The notes under the pieces are model-generated. The model was not told the origin of the DNA and made no database searches. It saw nothing but the letters and a program-made list of their open reading frames with translations. DNA of 64,000 nucleotides from Polyangiales bacterium (GTDB taxonomy: Bacteria > Myxococcota_A > Polyangia > Polyangiales > Ga0077539), in NCBI GenBank assembly GCA_044229975.1, contig JBGARZ010000023.1, positions 88,188 through 152,187 on the forward strand, given 5' to 3'. Position numbers and translations under genes: made by a program. Below, one piece after another: positions 12,279 to 21,036 of the stretch (position 1 is its first letter; the number at the start of each line of letters is the position of its first letter).

Positions 12279-13613
12279 TCACCGGGCGTTGCCGTTCCGG
12301 GCGTCGCCGCCGGTGACGGGCCATGCCGACGGGGCCGCGCCGGCGGACTCGGTCGCCACGACGAGCAGGCGGTCGTCGTCGGTGTGCAGGGCGAGGTCGC
12401 CGTTGGGCGAGAGCACGGGCGCCGAGGCGTTGGCGCCCTCCGGGATCGCGAGCGTCCACCGCTGGCGGCCGTCCTCCCCGACGGCGTAGAGCGCCCGGCC
12501 CACCGCGAGGTAGATCACGCTCGCGCGCCCGACGGCGTGCGTGGCGAAACGCTGGTAGTCGGTGCGGGTGGCGCTGGCACCGAAGCCCCAGGCGCGCGAG
12601 CCGTCGCGGCGGACGGCCACCAGCTCGCCGCTCGCGCCGCCGCCGCCACGGTGGACGTTCAGGTAGACGTAGACCGTGCCGTCGGCGCCGATCACGGGCG
12701 CGCCCATGAGGAGATCGACCTGGCCCCGCGAGGAGCGGGCGAGGTTTACCCGCCAGATCAGCCGGCCCGTCCGCAGTTCCCGGGCGACGAGCACATAGGA
12801 ACTCAGGCCGAAGAACGCGATGTAGATCCGGTCGCCGTCGATCGCGGGCGGGAGCGCGTGGCGCAGCGTCCCATCGAGGATCTCGTAGGGTTCGGACCAG
12901 AGCCTGCGGCCGTTGGTGAGGTCGAGCGCGGTGTCGAGGCAGCCGACGGTCGTGCCCGCAACGGCGCACTCGTTCACGTTGGACCAGTCCGGCGCGTCGA
13001 GGGTCTGGCGGCCCGCGAGCTCGAAGCCCGCGAGGCGCCCCACGGTCGTCCTCGCGCCCTGGGTTACCAGCACCGGGCCGCGCCCCGGCGGCAGTCCGAC
13101 GAAGCGCACCACGGCATCGACCGTCGGGTACGGCGGCCGGGCCTCGCCGTTCCGCCCGAAGCGCCACAGACCGCGCGCGGCGGTGTCGCCGTACATGCTC
13201 GTGAGCAGCACGTCGTCGCCGGTGGAGAGGCGGACCTCGCCCCCAAGCACGCGTCCGCCCGCGCCGGGGCGCACCGCCGGCGACCGCCAGCGCTCCCGGC
13301 CGCAGGCATCGAGGGCGACCACGCCGCGCCCGCGGTCGGAGGTCTCGTACGGCGCGTAGATCGTCCCTTCGGCGTCGATGGCGACGTGCCCGGTGACGCC
13401 GACGACGGCGAAACGAACGCTCCCGACGGGCGTGTCCCGACCGCAGCGCGGGGGCTGGAGTGGGACGTCCTCGGGGCCGGCGTCGTGTCGATCGAGGGCG
13501 TCGCAGGGCACGTCCACCGCCGCGTCGAACAGCTCATCGAGGCCGGTGCGCGCGCCGCACGCCGAGGCCACACACGCGAGGAACAGGTGGCGTTGGAAGG
13601 AGGGGCCGCGCAC
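12279..13613 (-). CDS. PQQ-like beta-propeller lipoprotein
   Basis: ASACGARTGL lipoprotein start; repeated AID/GADGTVYV, A..DG...W units; WP...GDARN tail; start codon uncertain. Confidence 0.7.
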   Translation of the reverse strand: MRGPSFQRHLFLACVASACGARTGLDELFDAAVDVPCDALDRHDAGPEDVPLQPPRCGRDTPVGSVRFAVVGVTGHVAIDAEGTIYAPYETSDRGRGVVALDACGRERWRSPAVRPGAGGRVLGGEVRLSTGDDVLLTSMYGDTAARGLWRFGRNGEARPPYPTVDAVVRFVGLPPGRGPVLVTQGARTTVGRLAGFELAGRQTLDAPDWSNVNECAVAGTTVGCLDTALDLTNGRRLWSEPYEILDGTLRHALPPAIDGDRIYIAFFGLSSYVLVARELRTGRLIWRVNLARSSRGQVDLLMGAPVIGADGTVYVYLNVHRGGGGASGELVAVRRDGSRAWGFGASATRTDYQRFATHAVGRASVIYLAVGRALYAVGEDGRQRWTLAIPEGANASAPVLSPNGDLALHTDDDRLLVVATESAGAAPSAWPVTGGDARNGNAR

Positions 13614-13900
13614 CCGCTGAGGGTAAGGGCGATCCCGTCGCCCGAGCGTCGATCTTCGCTTGCGACGATTGTATCGGCGCGCTGAACAATGCCGGCGAGG
13701 AGCGTCCGCCCTCCGTGTTTCCACGCCTTGCTTCCGCGCCCACGCGCTCACGCGCATGGGATGGCCGATCGAGCGGATCGCAGGGGCGGTTTGTTGGAGC
13801 CTCCGGGTCACGGACGGGATGGACACGGCTAGTACCTGCCCAATAGGACCCTACGCGACGGCCGACCGGCCGCGGAGCGTCCCAAGGAGCGAGTGACCCG

Positions 13901-14326
13901 ATGAACAACGAAACCCGCGCGAAGCTTCTGGCGATGGTGTCTGCCGCTCTGGGCGGCGCGGCCCTTGAGGGCTGCGCGAGTAATCCGCCAGCGATGGCGC
14001 AGCCCCCGACGAGCGCGAGCGCTCAGTCGGCCACAGGGCAGGCCGGCAGCTGCAGTGCTGCGATGGCCCAGAGCGGGAACTGCGGCGCCAACATGGGCCA
14101 CGCCCCGGGGGCAGCTCCGGCGGCCCCTCAGGGGGCGGCGACTGGGCAGGCGATGAGCTGCGGACACGACGGGAACTGCGGCGCGCACATGGCCGCGCCG
14201 ACCGCGCCGGCCGCTCCGGGGACGACCGCGGCGCAGCCGACTGCACCGCCCGCCCCGGCCCCCACGACTCCCGCCGCGGCACCTCCTCCCGCGGCCCCCG
14301 CTCGCCCTCACGTCCACGCCCACTGA
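13901..14326 (+). CDS. Putative MNIO RiPP precursor, Cys-motif lipoprotein
   Basis: Signal with LEGC lipobox; two SC..GNCGA(N/H)M repeats; Pro/Ala tail ending HVHAH; 3 nt upstream of the DUF692 gene. Confidence 0.75.
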   Translation: MNNETRAKLLAMVSAALGGAALEGCASNPPAMAQPPTSASAQSATGQAGSCSAAMAQSGNCGANMGHAPGAAPAAPQGAATGQAMSCGHDGNCGAHMAAPTAPAAPGTTAAQPTAPPAPAPTTPAAAPPPAAPARPHVHAH

Positions 14327-14329
14327 GCG

Positions 14330-15154
14330 ATGGCGCGCGTTGAGGGGGTCGGCCTGGGGCTGCGGGCGCCGCTGGTCGGTGACCTGATGACCCGGGCCCC
14401 GCCCTCGCTGCGCTGGGTCGAGGTCTCCCCCGAGAACCACATGGGCCGCGGAGGCTTCTTCGAGCGCATGCTCGCCGACGCGCGCGGGCGCTTCCCGGTG
14501 GTCACCCACGGCCTCAGCCTGGGCCTCGGCGATCGGGCCCCGCCGGAGCCCGCCTTCCTCCGGGCGTTGCGTGCCTTCCTGGAGGAAGTGGGAACGCCCT
14601 GGCACAGCGACCACCTCTGCTTCGGGTCCGTGGACGGCGCGCACCTCCACGACCTGCTGCCGCTGCCCTTCACCCGCGAGAGCGCCCGCGTGGTGGCGGA
14701 CCGCGTGCGCCTGCTGGAGGACGCCCTGGGCCTCCCGATCGCCGTCGAGAACATCTCCTGGTACGCCCACCCCGGCGAGGCGGAGATGGGCGAGGCGGAC
14801 TTCCTCGGCGAGATCGTCGCGCGCTGCGACGCGCGGGTCCTGCTCGACGTGAACAACGCCTTCGTCAACGCCCGCAACCACGGCACCGACGCGCGGGATT
14901 TCCTCCGGCGCGTTCCCGCCGAGCGTGTTGTGCAGATCCACGTCGCGGGGCACTTCACCGCCGCGGACGGCCTCCACATCGACACCCACGGGGAGCCCGT
15001 CTGCGAGGAGGTCTACGGCCTGCTCGAGTTCGCCCTCTCCCGCACTGGTCGGGTGCCAGTGCTCCTCGAGCGCGACGGCGGCTTCCCGCCCTTCGACGAG
15101 CTCGCGGCGGAGGTCGAGCGGCTCGACGCGATCCTGCGACGGGCCGCGCCGTGA
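14330..15154 (+). CDS. DUF692 multinuclear non-heme iron oxidase (MNIO, BufB/MbnB/TglH-like)
   Basis: GLGLR, EVSPENH, HGLSL, SDHLC, DLLPLP, ENIS, LLDVNN, IHVAGH, IDTHG, LLERD motifs. Confidence 0.95.
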   Translation: MARVEGVGLGLRAPLVGDLMTRAPPSLRWVEVSPENHMGRGGFFERMLADARGRFPVVTHGLSLGLGDRAPPEPAFLRALRAFLEEVGTPWHSDHLCFGSVDGAHLHDLLPLPFTRESARVVADRVRLLEDALGLPIAVENISWYAHPGEAEMGEADFLGEIVARCDARVLLDVNNAFVNARNHGTDARDFLRRVPAERVVQIHVAGHFTAADGLHIDTHGEPVCEEVYGLLEFALSRTGRVPVLLERDGGFPPFDELAAEVERLDAILRRAAP

Positions 15155-15894
15155 GCGACCTCGACGCGCGGCAGCGGGCGATCGCCCGCGTGTGCCTCGG
15201 CGAGGAGCCGCCGGCCGACGCACTGGCCCTCCTGGGGGGCGACCCGCGGCGGTGGCAGGTCTACCGCGACCTGGTCCGCACGCGGCTCTGGCGCGCCCTG
15301 CTGGAGGCCCTCCCGCGGACCTACGCGGCGGCGGGCCCCGATCGCTTCGGGGGCTGGTTCACGCGGTTCCTCGACGAGGCGCCGCCGCGCACGCGCTACG
15401 TGCGGGAGGTCGCCCCGGCCTTCGGGGCGTGGGTGCGCGCGGCCGAGGGGGACGCGCTGTCGCGCCCCGCGCCGTGGCTGCCGGACGCCCTCACGCTCGA
15501 CCTCGCCGAGCACCGGGTCGCGCTCTCCGACGCGCGCCTCGACCCGTCCCGCGTGGCGCCGTTCTCGATGGACCTCCCGGCGGCCCTGGACCCTGCCCAC
15601 TGCCGCGCACGGCTGTGGTGGGCGATGGACGGCGCGTCGGCCATCCATCGCCCCCGCGCGCTCCTCGTCCACCGTCACCCGGCGACGGGCCGCGTCGAGA
15701 CGATGGAGCTCGACGCGCTCGACGCGGAGGTAGTGGACGCGATGGACGACGAGGCGACGCCCGTAACGGCGGCGGTCCTGTCGGTGCTGAACCGCCACGG
15801 TCTGGCCGCCGACGCCGCCTTCTCGGGCCGCCTCGCCGGCCTGCTCGCCGACCTGATGGAGCGGGGCGTCTTGCTAGGCTCTCGACGGCCCTGA
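15151..15894 (+). CDS. DUF2063/HvfC/BufC-like MNIO partner protein
   Basis: RWQVYRDLV...ALPRT...FTRFL...PP N-terminal pattern; GTGA overlap with DUF692. Confidence 0.8.
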   Translation: MSDLDARQRAIARVCLGEEPPADALALLGGDPRRWQVYRDLVRTRLWRALLEALPRTYAAAGPDRFGGWFTRFLDEAPPRTRYVREVAPAFGAWVRAAEGDALSRPAPWLPDALTLDLAEHRVALSDARLDPSRVAPFSMDLPAALDPAHCRARLWWAMDGASAIHRPRALLVHRHPATGRVETMELDALDAEVVDAMDDEATPVTAAVLSVLNRHGLAADAAFSGRLAGLLADLMERGVLLGSRRP

Positions 15895-16004
15895 GCCCCG
15901 CGCCTTGCGCGGCTACCCGGCCGCGTGCGCAGTGCCCGCGCCCCGCGCGGCGCCAGCCATCTGCCGACAGTCGGCGGCGCACCGGCAGGCGTCGGCGCCA
16001 AGGC

Positions 16005-17216
16005 TCAGGGGAGCCCGCCGAGCCGCTGCAGGGCCGCGATCATCTCGCCGACCTCACGCGCCTGAGCGTCCATGACGTCCGCCGCGAGGTCGGCGAGCTC
16101 GGCGCGGCGGAGCACCGGGAGCGCGCGGTGCGCGGGCTCGAGCCCGCCGCCGTGATGGGGGATCATCCCCTCCAGGAACATCCGGTCGAGCGCGCGGCCC
16201 GAGAGGGAGCGCATGGCGGCCATGTCGCGTTCCATGTGCGGGTCGGGGATGGGGGGCGGCTCCGGCGCGACGCCGAGCGCGCGGCGGGCGTCCTGCATCA
16301 CGGTGATCTCGCGGGTCTGCGCCTCGCGCATGCTCGCGGCCATGCGGCGCACCTCCGGGTCGGCGCCGCGGGCGACCTCCATCTCGGCCATCATCACCGC
16401 GCCGCGGTGGTGGGGGATGAGCATGTCGGTGAAGCGCACGTCGTCGGTCGGGGTGAAGGGCGCGCGCGGGTCGGGCGGCGGCCGGATCGCCGCCGGGTCG
16501 ATCGCGCGCGACTCCGCTGCGAGCGCCGCGCGGGCGTCGCCCGTGAGCCGGTCGAGCAGGGCGTACATCTCCCCGACCTCCTCGGCCTGAGCGACGTAGA
16601 TCGAGCGCGCGATGTCGCGCAGGTCGGCGCGCCGCAGGTGCGGCAGGGCGCGGTGGGCGGCCGGGAGGCCACCGCCGTGGTGCGGGATCATGTGGACCAG
16701 GAACGCGCGGTCGAGCGCCGAGCCGGAGAGCGACGCGAGCCGGGCCATGTCCGCCTCGCCCGTCGGGTCGTCGATCGGGGGGTAGTCCCCCACGCCCGTC
16801 AGCTCCTCGCGCGCGACGCGCAGGAGGTCCAGCTCGCGCGCCTGGGCGTCGCGCATGTGCTCCGCCATCCGACGGACCTCGGCGTCCTCGCCGCGCTCAA
16901 GGACCATCTCCGCCATCTCAATGGCCATGTGGTGGTGCGGCTTGAAGAAGTCGATGAACTCGACGTCCCCGAGCGGGGTGTACGGGCCCCGCGGGTCGGG
17001 CCTCGCCTCGTCCGTCGGCGTCGCAGGGCCCGCGTCCCCGGGCCCGGGTCGGCCGGCGTCCGCCGCGGCGCCCGCATCCGCCACGACGGCCGCGTCCGTG
17101 TCCCCGTGAGGGCGTCCGTGGGAGAGGGCCCGGAACCACTCCTCCCAGGGACAGCCGGGCAGCGCGGCGAGGGCGGCCGCGAGGAGCACGCCGCGAAGAA
17201 ATCGACTCTGGTGCAT
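16005..17216 (-). CDS. Lipoprotein with two DUF305 (CopM-like) domains
   Basis: LPGC lipobox; four (M/K)xPHH motifs in two copies of D..F...M..HH..A..MA / LDR.FL..MIPHHGGG. Confidence 0.88.
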   Translation of the reverse strand: MHQSRFLRGVLLAAALAALPGCPWEEWFRALSHGRPHGDTDAAVVADAGAAADAGRPGPGDAGPATPTDEARPDPRGPYTPLGDVEFIDFFKPHHHMAIEMAEMVLERGEDAEVRRMAEHMRDAQARELDLLRVAREELTGVGDYPPIDDPTGEADMARLASLSGSALDRAFLVHMIPHHGGGLPAAHRALPHLRRADLRDIARSIYVAQAEEVGEMYALLDRLTGDARAALAAESRAIDPAAIRPPPDPRAPFTPTDDVRFTDMLIPHHRGAVMMAEMEVARGADPEVRRMAASMREAQTREITVMQDARRALGVAPEPPPIPDPHMERDMAAMRSLSGRALDRMFLEGMIPHHGGGLEPAHRALPVLRRAELADLAADVMDAQAREVGEMIAALQRLGGLP

Positions 17217-17476
17217 GACGATGCCTCCTTAGTGGGGGCGACGGGTCGCCCTCGGCGACGCGTGCAACGGAGCGGCCACCCTGCGGTTCGGGCGATGGCG
17301 AGCCACGCGCTGGCGTGCGTTGCCGCAGGTGTGGCGCACCGATGCGGGCGGCCGCGGTCCACGCGGACTGGGCGCCGACGCGGCGACGTGAGAATCTCGC
17401 GCCGCATCGTTGAACCTCGGGCCGAGGGAGGTCGTCGTAGCGCGGCGACATCGACGTCGGAGGAGCGGAGGAGCCG

Positions 17477-18271
17477 ATGGGGAAGAACTGCCCGAATCCC
17501 GCCTGCGGGGCCTTCACAGCGGACGACGGGGCCGCCTTCTGCTCGCGCTGCGCGACGCCGCTGGCCCGCGCCCCGTTCCCCACCGAGGTGAACCCGGCGC
17601 TCGCGGCCCCGTGGACCAGCCCGCCCTCGCAGGCGTCTCACCGCGTGTCGTGGCCGATGCTCGTGGCCGCCGCCCTCGCGGCCTCTACGCTCGCCGGGGG
17701 CGCCTTCCTCGCCCTCGCCCGCCGGCCACCCCCCGCGGCGCCGCCCGCCCCGGCGGTCCCCGGCGAACCGGGCCAGGCCGAGCAGCGCGCGCTCCCGCCC
17801 ATGGTTCCGGCCTCGACGCCGCCCGCTGTTCCCCCCGCGCCGCCCGCGGCGCCGGCGTACCCCGCGGCCCCGTCCCCCGCGTGGCTCTCGTCGGTCCACT
17901 ACCGCAGCCCGGGCGTCGATCTGCACGCGGGCGACCTCGACGCCGCCGACGGGCGCTGCGTCCGCCTGACGGGCGCGATGATCACCCTGGAGGTGCCGGG
18001 CGGCGACCAGTTCGTCTCCGACGGGGACCCGCAGCGCGCCGACCTCGAGCTGCGCCTCGGCGCCCCCGCCGGGCAGACCTATGATGTGGAGCTCGGCGTC
18101 GGCCACAACCGCTTCGTTCCGGTGGGCAGCGGCCTCACGGGCGACCAGTCGATCGACCTCGACCGCGCCGGCGGGCGCGTGGGCCGCTTCGTGCGGGTCT
18201 CCACGCGGCGCACCGGCGGCACCATCTGCCTCGACGGCGTCATGGCGACCCGGCGCGTGCCGCAGGCCTGA
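17477..18271 (+). CDS. Zinc-ribbon membrane protein with Pro-rich linker
   Basis: CPNPAC..FCSRC N-terminus, one TM segment, Pro-rich spacer, C-terminal beta domain; GGAG RBS. Confidence 0.7.
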   Translation: MGKNCPNPACGAFTADDGAAFCSRCATPLARAPFPTEVNPALAAPWTSPPSQASHRVSWPMLVAAALAASTLAGGAFLALARRPPPAAPPAPAVPGEPGQAEQRALPPMVPASTPPAVPPAPPAAPAYPAAPSPAWLSSVHYRSPGVDLHAGDLDAADGRCVRLTGAMITLEVPGGDQFVSDGDPQRADLELRLGAPAGQTYDVELGVGHNRFVPVGSGLTGDQSIDLDRAGGRVGRFVRVSTRRTGGTICLDGVMATRRVPQA

Positions 18272-18322
18272 TCGCGCGTCGCGGGGCCGCCGCGCGGAGC
18301 AACGTCAGCGCGCGGCCCCGCC

Positions 18323-18952
18323 CTACCTCACGACTGGCTGCTCGACGACGCGCACGACCAGCCCCCAGAGCTGCCCCGAGCACCGGTAGGCGTCGGCCAC
18401 GACGTACCCCTCCGCGTCGATCGAGGGCGCGCCCGTGATCGTGCAGACGCCGATGTCGTCGTCGAACATCACGTCCGCGTCGATCGCGCGAAACTCTAGG
18501 AAGGCCTCCAGCGGCACCGCGCCGACGTCTACGGGGGCGCTCACCCAGGTTGGCGCGACCGTGTCCTGCGCGACGCTGGTGCCTCCCAGCACGCGGCCGT
18601 TGAGGCTCACCGCCACGCGCACGTCCGGCGCGGCGTAGGCGCCGTTCATCAGCGACGCCACCTCGGGGGCCACCGCCGTGAGCGCCGACAGCCCGCCGAC
18701 GCTCGGCATCAACCCGAGCATGGCGTGCCGCAGCGGGGGAGCGAGGCCCTGGACGGCGGCCCGCGCGACCGCGGGCGGCAGCGTGCCCGTGCCGTCCCAG
18801 GGGCGGCCGTCGCTCTTGCCGGGGGCGATCAGGGCGGCCGTCACGAACACCTGCAACCGGCCGGTGGGACGGCGCGTATGCGTCCCGGCACAGCTCATCT
18901 CTCCGACGGCCAACACCGCAACGCCGGCGATCGCCGACAACCGCACGCCCAT
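18323..18952 (-). CDS. Lipoprotein with C2-like domain
   Basis: Signal ending EMSC; PWD..APDVRV..QDTVAPTW..DADVMFDDDIG pattern. Confidence 0.6.
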   Translation of the reverse strand: MGVRLSAIAGVAVLAVGEMSCAGTHTRRPTGRLQVFVTAALIAPGKSDGRPWDGTGTLPPAVARAAVQGLAPPLRHAMLGLMPSVGGLSALTAVAPEVASLMNGAYAAPDVRVAVSLNGRVLGGTSVAQDTVAPTWVSAPVDVGAVPLEAFLEFRAIDADVMFDDDIGVCTITGAPSIDAEGYVVADAYRCSGQLWGLVVRVVEQPVVR

Positions 18953-19035
18953 GGGGCGGACCCTCGCCCAGCCGGGCGAGCAGCGCAAGCCGCTAAACTC
19001 ACTACGGATACCGACTTCGTCTTCGATGAGAAGTC

Positions 19036-19485
19036 GTGAACCAAAAAAGAGGAGCGACCTTGCACGGAGAGCGTGTCGAAGTCATGCCGTTCGCCATGGA
19101 ATCCGCTGCAACCTTCGCCTACGACGCCGAGCGTGAAACCCTCCTCGCTCTCGCCCCCATCGTGCAGCCGTTGGCGCTGGGGATGGGCGACCGGGACGAG
19201 GTCCGGGACGCCGCGCTCGCGGCCTTGGGCCACAACTTCCGCCCCGCCTGGCGGCTCGTGAAGCGCGTCGCGCGCGGGCTCAACGCGGATGGCTCTCGCG
19301 CCGCCATGAGCCGCAGGCACTGGATGCTGGTCCGGCAGGTGAAGTGGGCCATGCACAACGTTGTGCGGTGCGCCCAAGGGTTGAGCGCGCTCCCTCCGCA
19401 GGAGGACCTGCGGGTGTTCATGGCAGCGCCGACCTTTTCGCCTCGGCCGAGGGCCGCGCTGACGCGTTTCACCCGGACTTGGTAG
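19036..19485 (+). CDS. Hypothetical protein, possibly truncated by a premature TAG
   Basis: 149-aa ORF; the same frame continues with protein-like sequence (TEWEERLGRIREMQRAVG) after the stop. Confidence 0.35.
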   Translation: MNQKRGATLHGERVEVMPFAMESAATFAYDAERETLLALAPIVQPLALGMGDRDEVRDAALAALGHNFRPAWRLVKRVARGLNADGSRAAMSRRHWMLVRQVKWAMHNVVRCAQGLSALPPQEDLRVFMAAPTFSPRPRAALTRFTRTW

Positions 19486-19826
19486 ACCGAGTGGGAAGAG
19501 CGGCTCGGGAGGATCCGAGAGATGCAGCGGGCCGTTGGCATCGAGCCCCTCCGCCCGCGCCGGTGCGTCGTCCGGCCCGTCCGACCCGCCCGCCGGCCCC
19601 GCCCCGCCGCGGGCCGAGGTAGCGCGGGGCGATCGCTCCCACGAACGATCCGATTGGATCGGCGGCTGCCCAGTAGCCTCGGTCACAAGGCGACGTCGCG
19701 TGGGGGCCTCGACGGTCTTCACGGGCGCCGAAGCACATCGGTACGCCGCGGTAGCGGTCCAGCATGCGTGTACTGCGCATCGTGCTGGTTGGCGTGCGGT
19801 CCTTCCTTTCAGCATGCGTGCCACAT

Positions 19827-19938
19827 GGACTAGATATCTGGAACTGTTGACCTACTAGTCCACTGCGTGTAAGCTTCTTTTTAGCGAGTTTTTGTAGAAA
19901 CGGACTAGATGCCAGACATAGAGAAAGAATTAGTCCAC
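19827..19938 (+). promoter_or_regulatory. Sigma70-type promoter overlapped by two copies of a bipartite inverted-repeat operator
   Basis: TTGACC (19847-52), 17 bp, TAAGCT (19870-75); GGACTAGAT-N20-TAGTCCAC at 19827-19863 and again at 19902-19938. Confidence 0.7.
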
Positions 19939-21021
19939 GTTGCGCGGCTCGCCCTTGAGGGGCGACGCCCCGACCTCGTCGCCGTTGTCCGGCGCTCCCT
20001 CCGGTCCCTCGCAGGGCGACGGCCCGACTTGCAGGAGCAGATCAACGCGGTGCTGGCTCTCGCGTCGGCCAACCCCCCGATCCGCGAGGCGTCCAGGCTC
20101 CCCATCCCCGCGGACAACGACAGCCGTGCCGAGCTCATCCGCCGCGATGACCAGCCGGAGGTGGCGATCGAGCCGACGTGGCCTGCGGCCGTCGAGAAGG
20201 CGCTCGGGGAGTTTTTGCTGGAGCGTGACCGGGAGGCGGAACTGCGCGCGGCTGGTCTGTCCCCCGTCCGCTCGCTGCTTTTCATCGGCCCGCCCGGTGT
20301 CGGCAAGACCATGGCTGCGCACTGGGTGGCCCAGCGTCTCGGGCGGTCGCTCCTCACGCTCGACCTGGCGGCCGTGATGAGCTCCTACCTGGGGCGCACG
20401 GGGCTCAACTTGAAGGTCGTGTTGGACTACGCACGGCACCAACACGCGGTGCTGCTGCTGGACGAGTTCGACGCCATCGCCAAGCGCCGCAACGACGACG
20501 CGGAGGTCGGGGAGCTCAAGCGCCTCGTCACGGTGCTCCTCCAAGCCATCGACCAGTGGCCGAGCGACGGGGTGCTGCTGGCGGCGACCAACCACCCTGA
20601 GTTGCTTGATGCCGCTGTGTGGCGCCGCTTCGACCGGGTGATCGAGTTCCCGTGTCCGACCGTCCCGGAGATTCGGTCGTCCGTGGAGAGGCTCCTTGGC
20701 GCGCCGGCGGCCTCGGACCTCGCCGAGGTCCTCGACACGCTGGCCGCCCTTCTCGGCGGCCAATCCTTCGCGGACGTCGTGCGGCATGTGAACTCCGCGC
20801 GCCGCGCGTCGGTGCTGCGGGGCATCCCGCTGAGCGAGGCGCTGACCGAGCTGACGAGCGAGCTCGTCCGCGCGGCGCCACTGGAGCGAAAACTACAGTT
20901 CGCCCGCGAGCTCGAACGCCAGAAGCGCTCGCAGCGGACGATCTCCCAGATCACGGGGCTCTCCCGCGACACGATCCGAAAGCACCTGGGCAAGGGCGCC
21001 CCGACGGGCGGTCGGAAATAG
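19909..21021 (+). CDS. AAA+ ATPase (IetA-like) with C-terminal HTH
   Basis: GPPGVGKT Walker A, LLLDEFD Walker B, AATNHPELLDAAVWRRFD SRH; C-terminal SQRTISQITGLSRDTIRKHL. Confidence 0.9.
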   Translation: MPDIEKELVHVARLALEGRRPDLVAVVRRSLRSLAGRRPDLQEQINAVLALASANPPIREASRLPIPADNDSRAELIRRDDQPEVAIEPTWPAAVEKALGEFLLERDREAELRAAGLSPVRSLLFIGPPGVGKTMAAHWVAQRLGRSLLTLDLAAVMSSYLGRTGLNLKVVLDYARHQHAVLLLDEFDAIAKRRNDDAEVGELKRLVTVLLQAIDQWPSDGVLLAATNHPELLDAAVWRRFDRVIEFPCPTVPEIRSSVERLLGAPAASDLAEVLDTLAALLGGQSFADVVRHVNSARRASVLRGIPLSEALTELTSELVRAAPLERKLQFARELERQKRSQRTISQITGLSRDTIRKHLGKGAPTGGRK

Positions 21022-21036
21022 AAGGGTTGAAGGACC

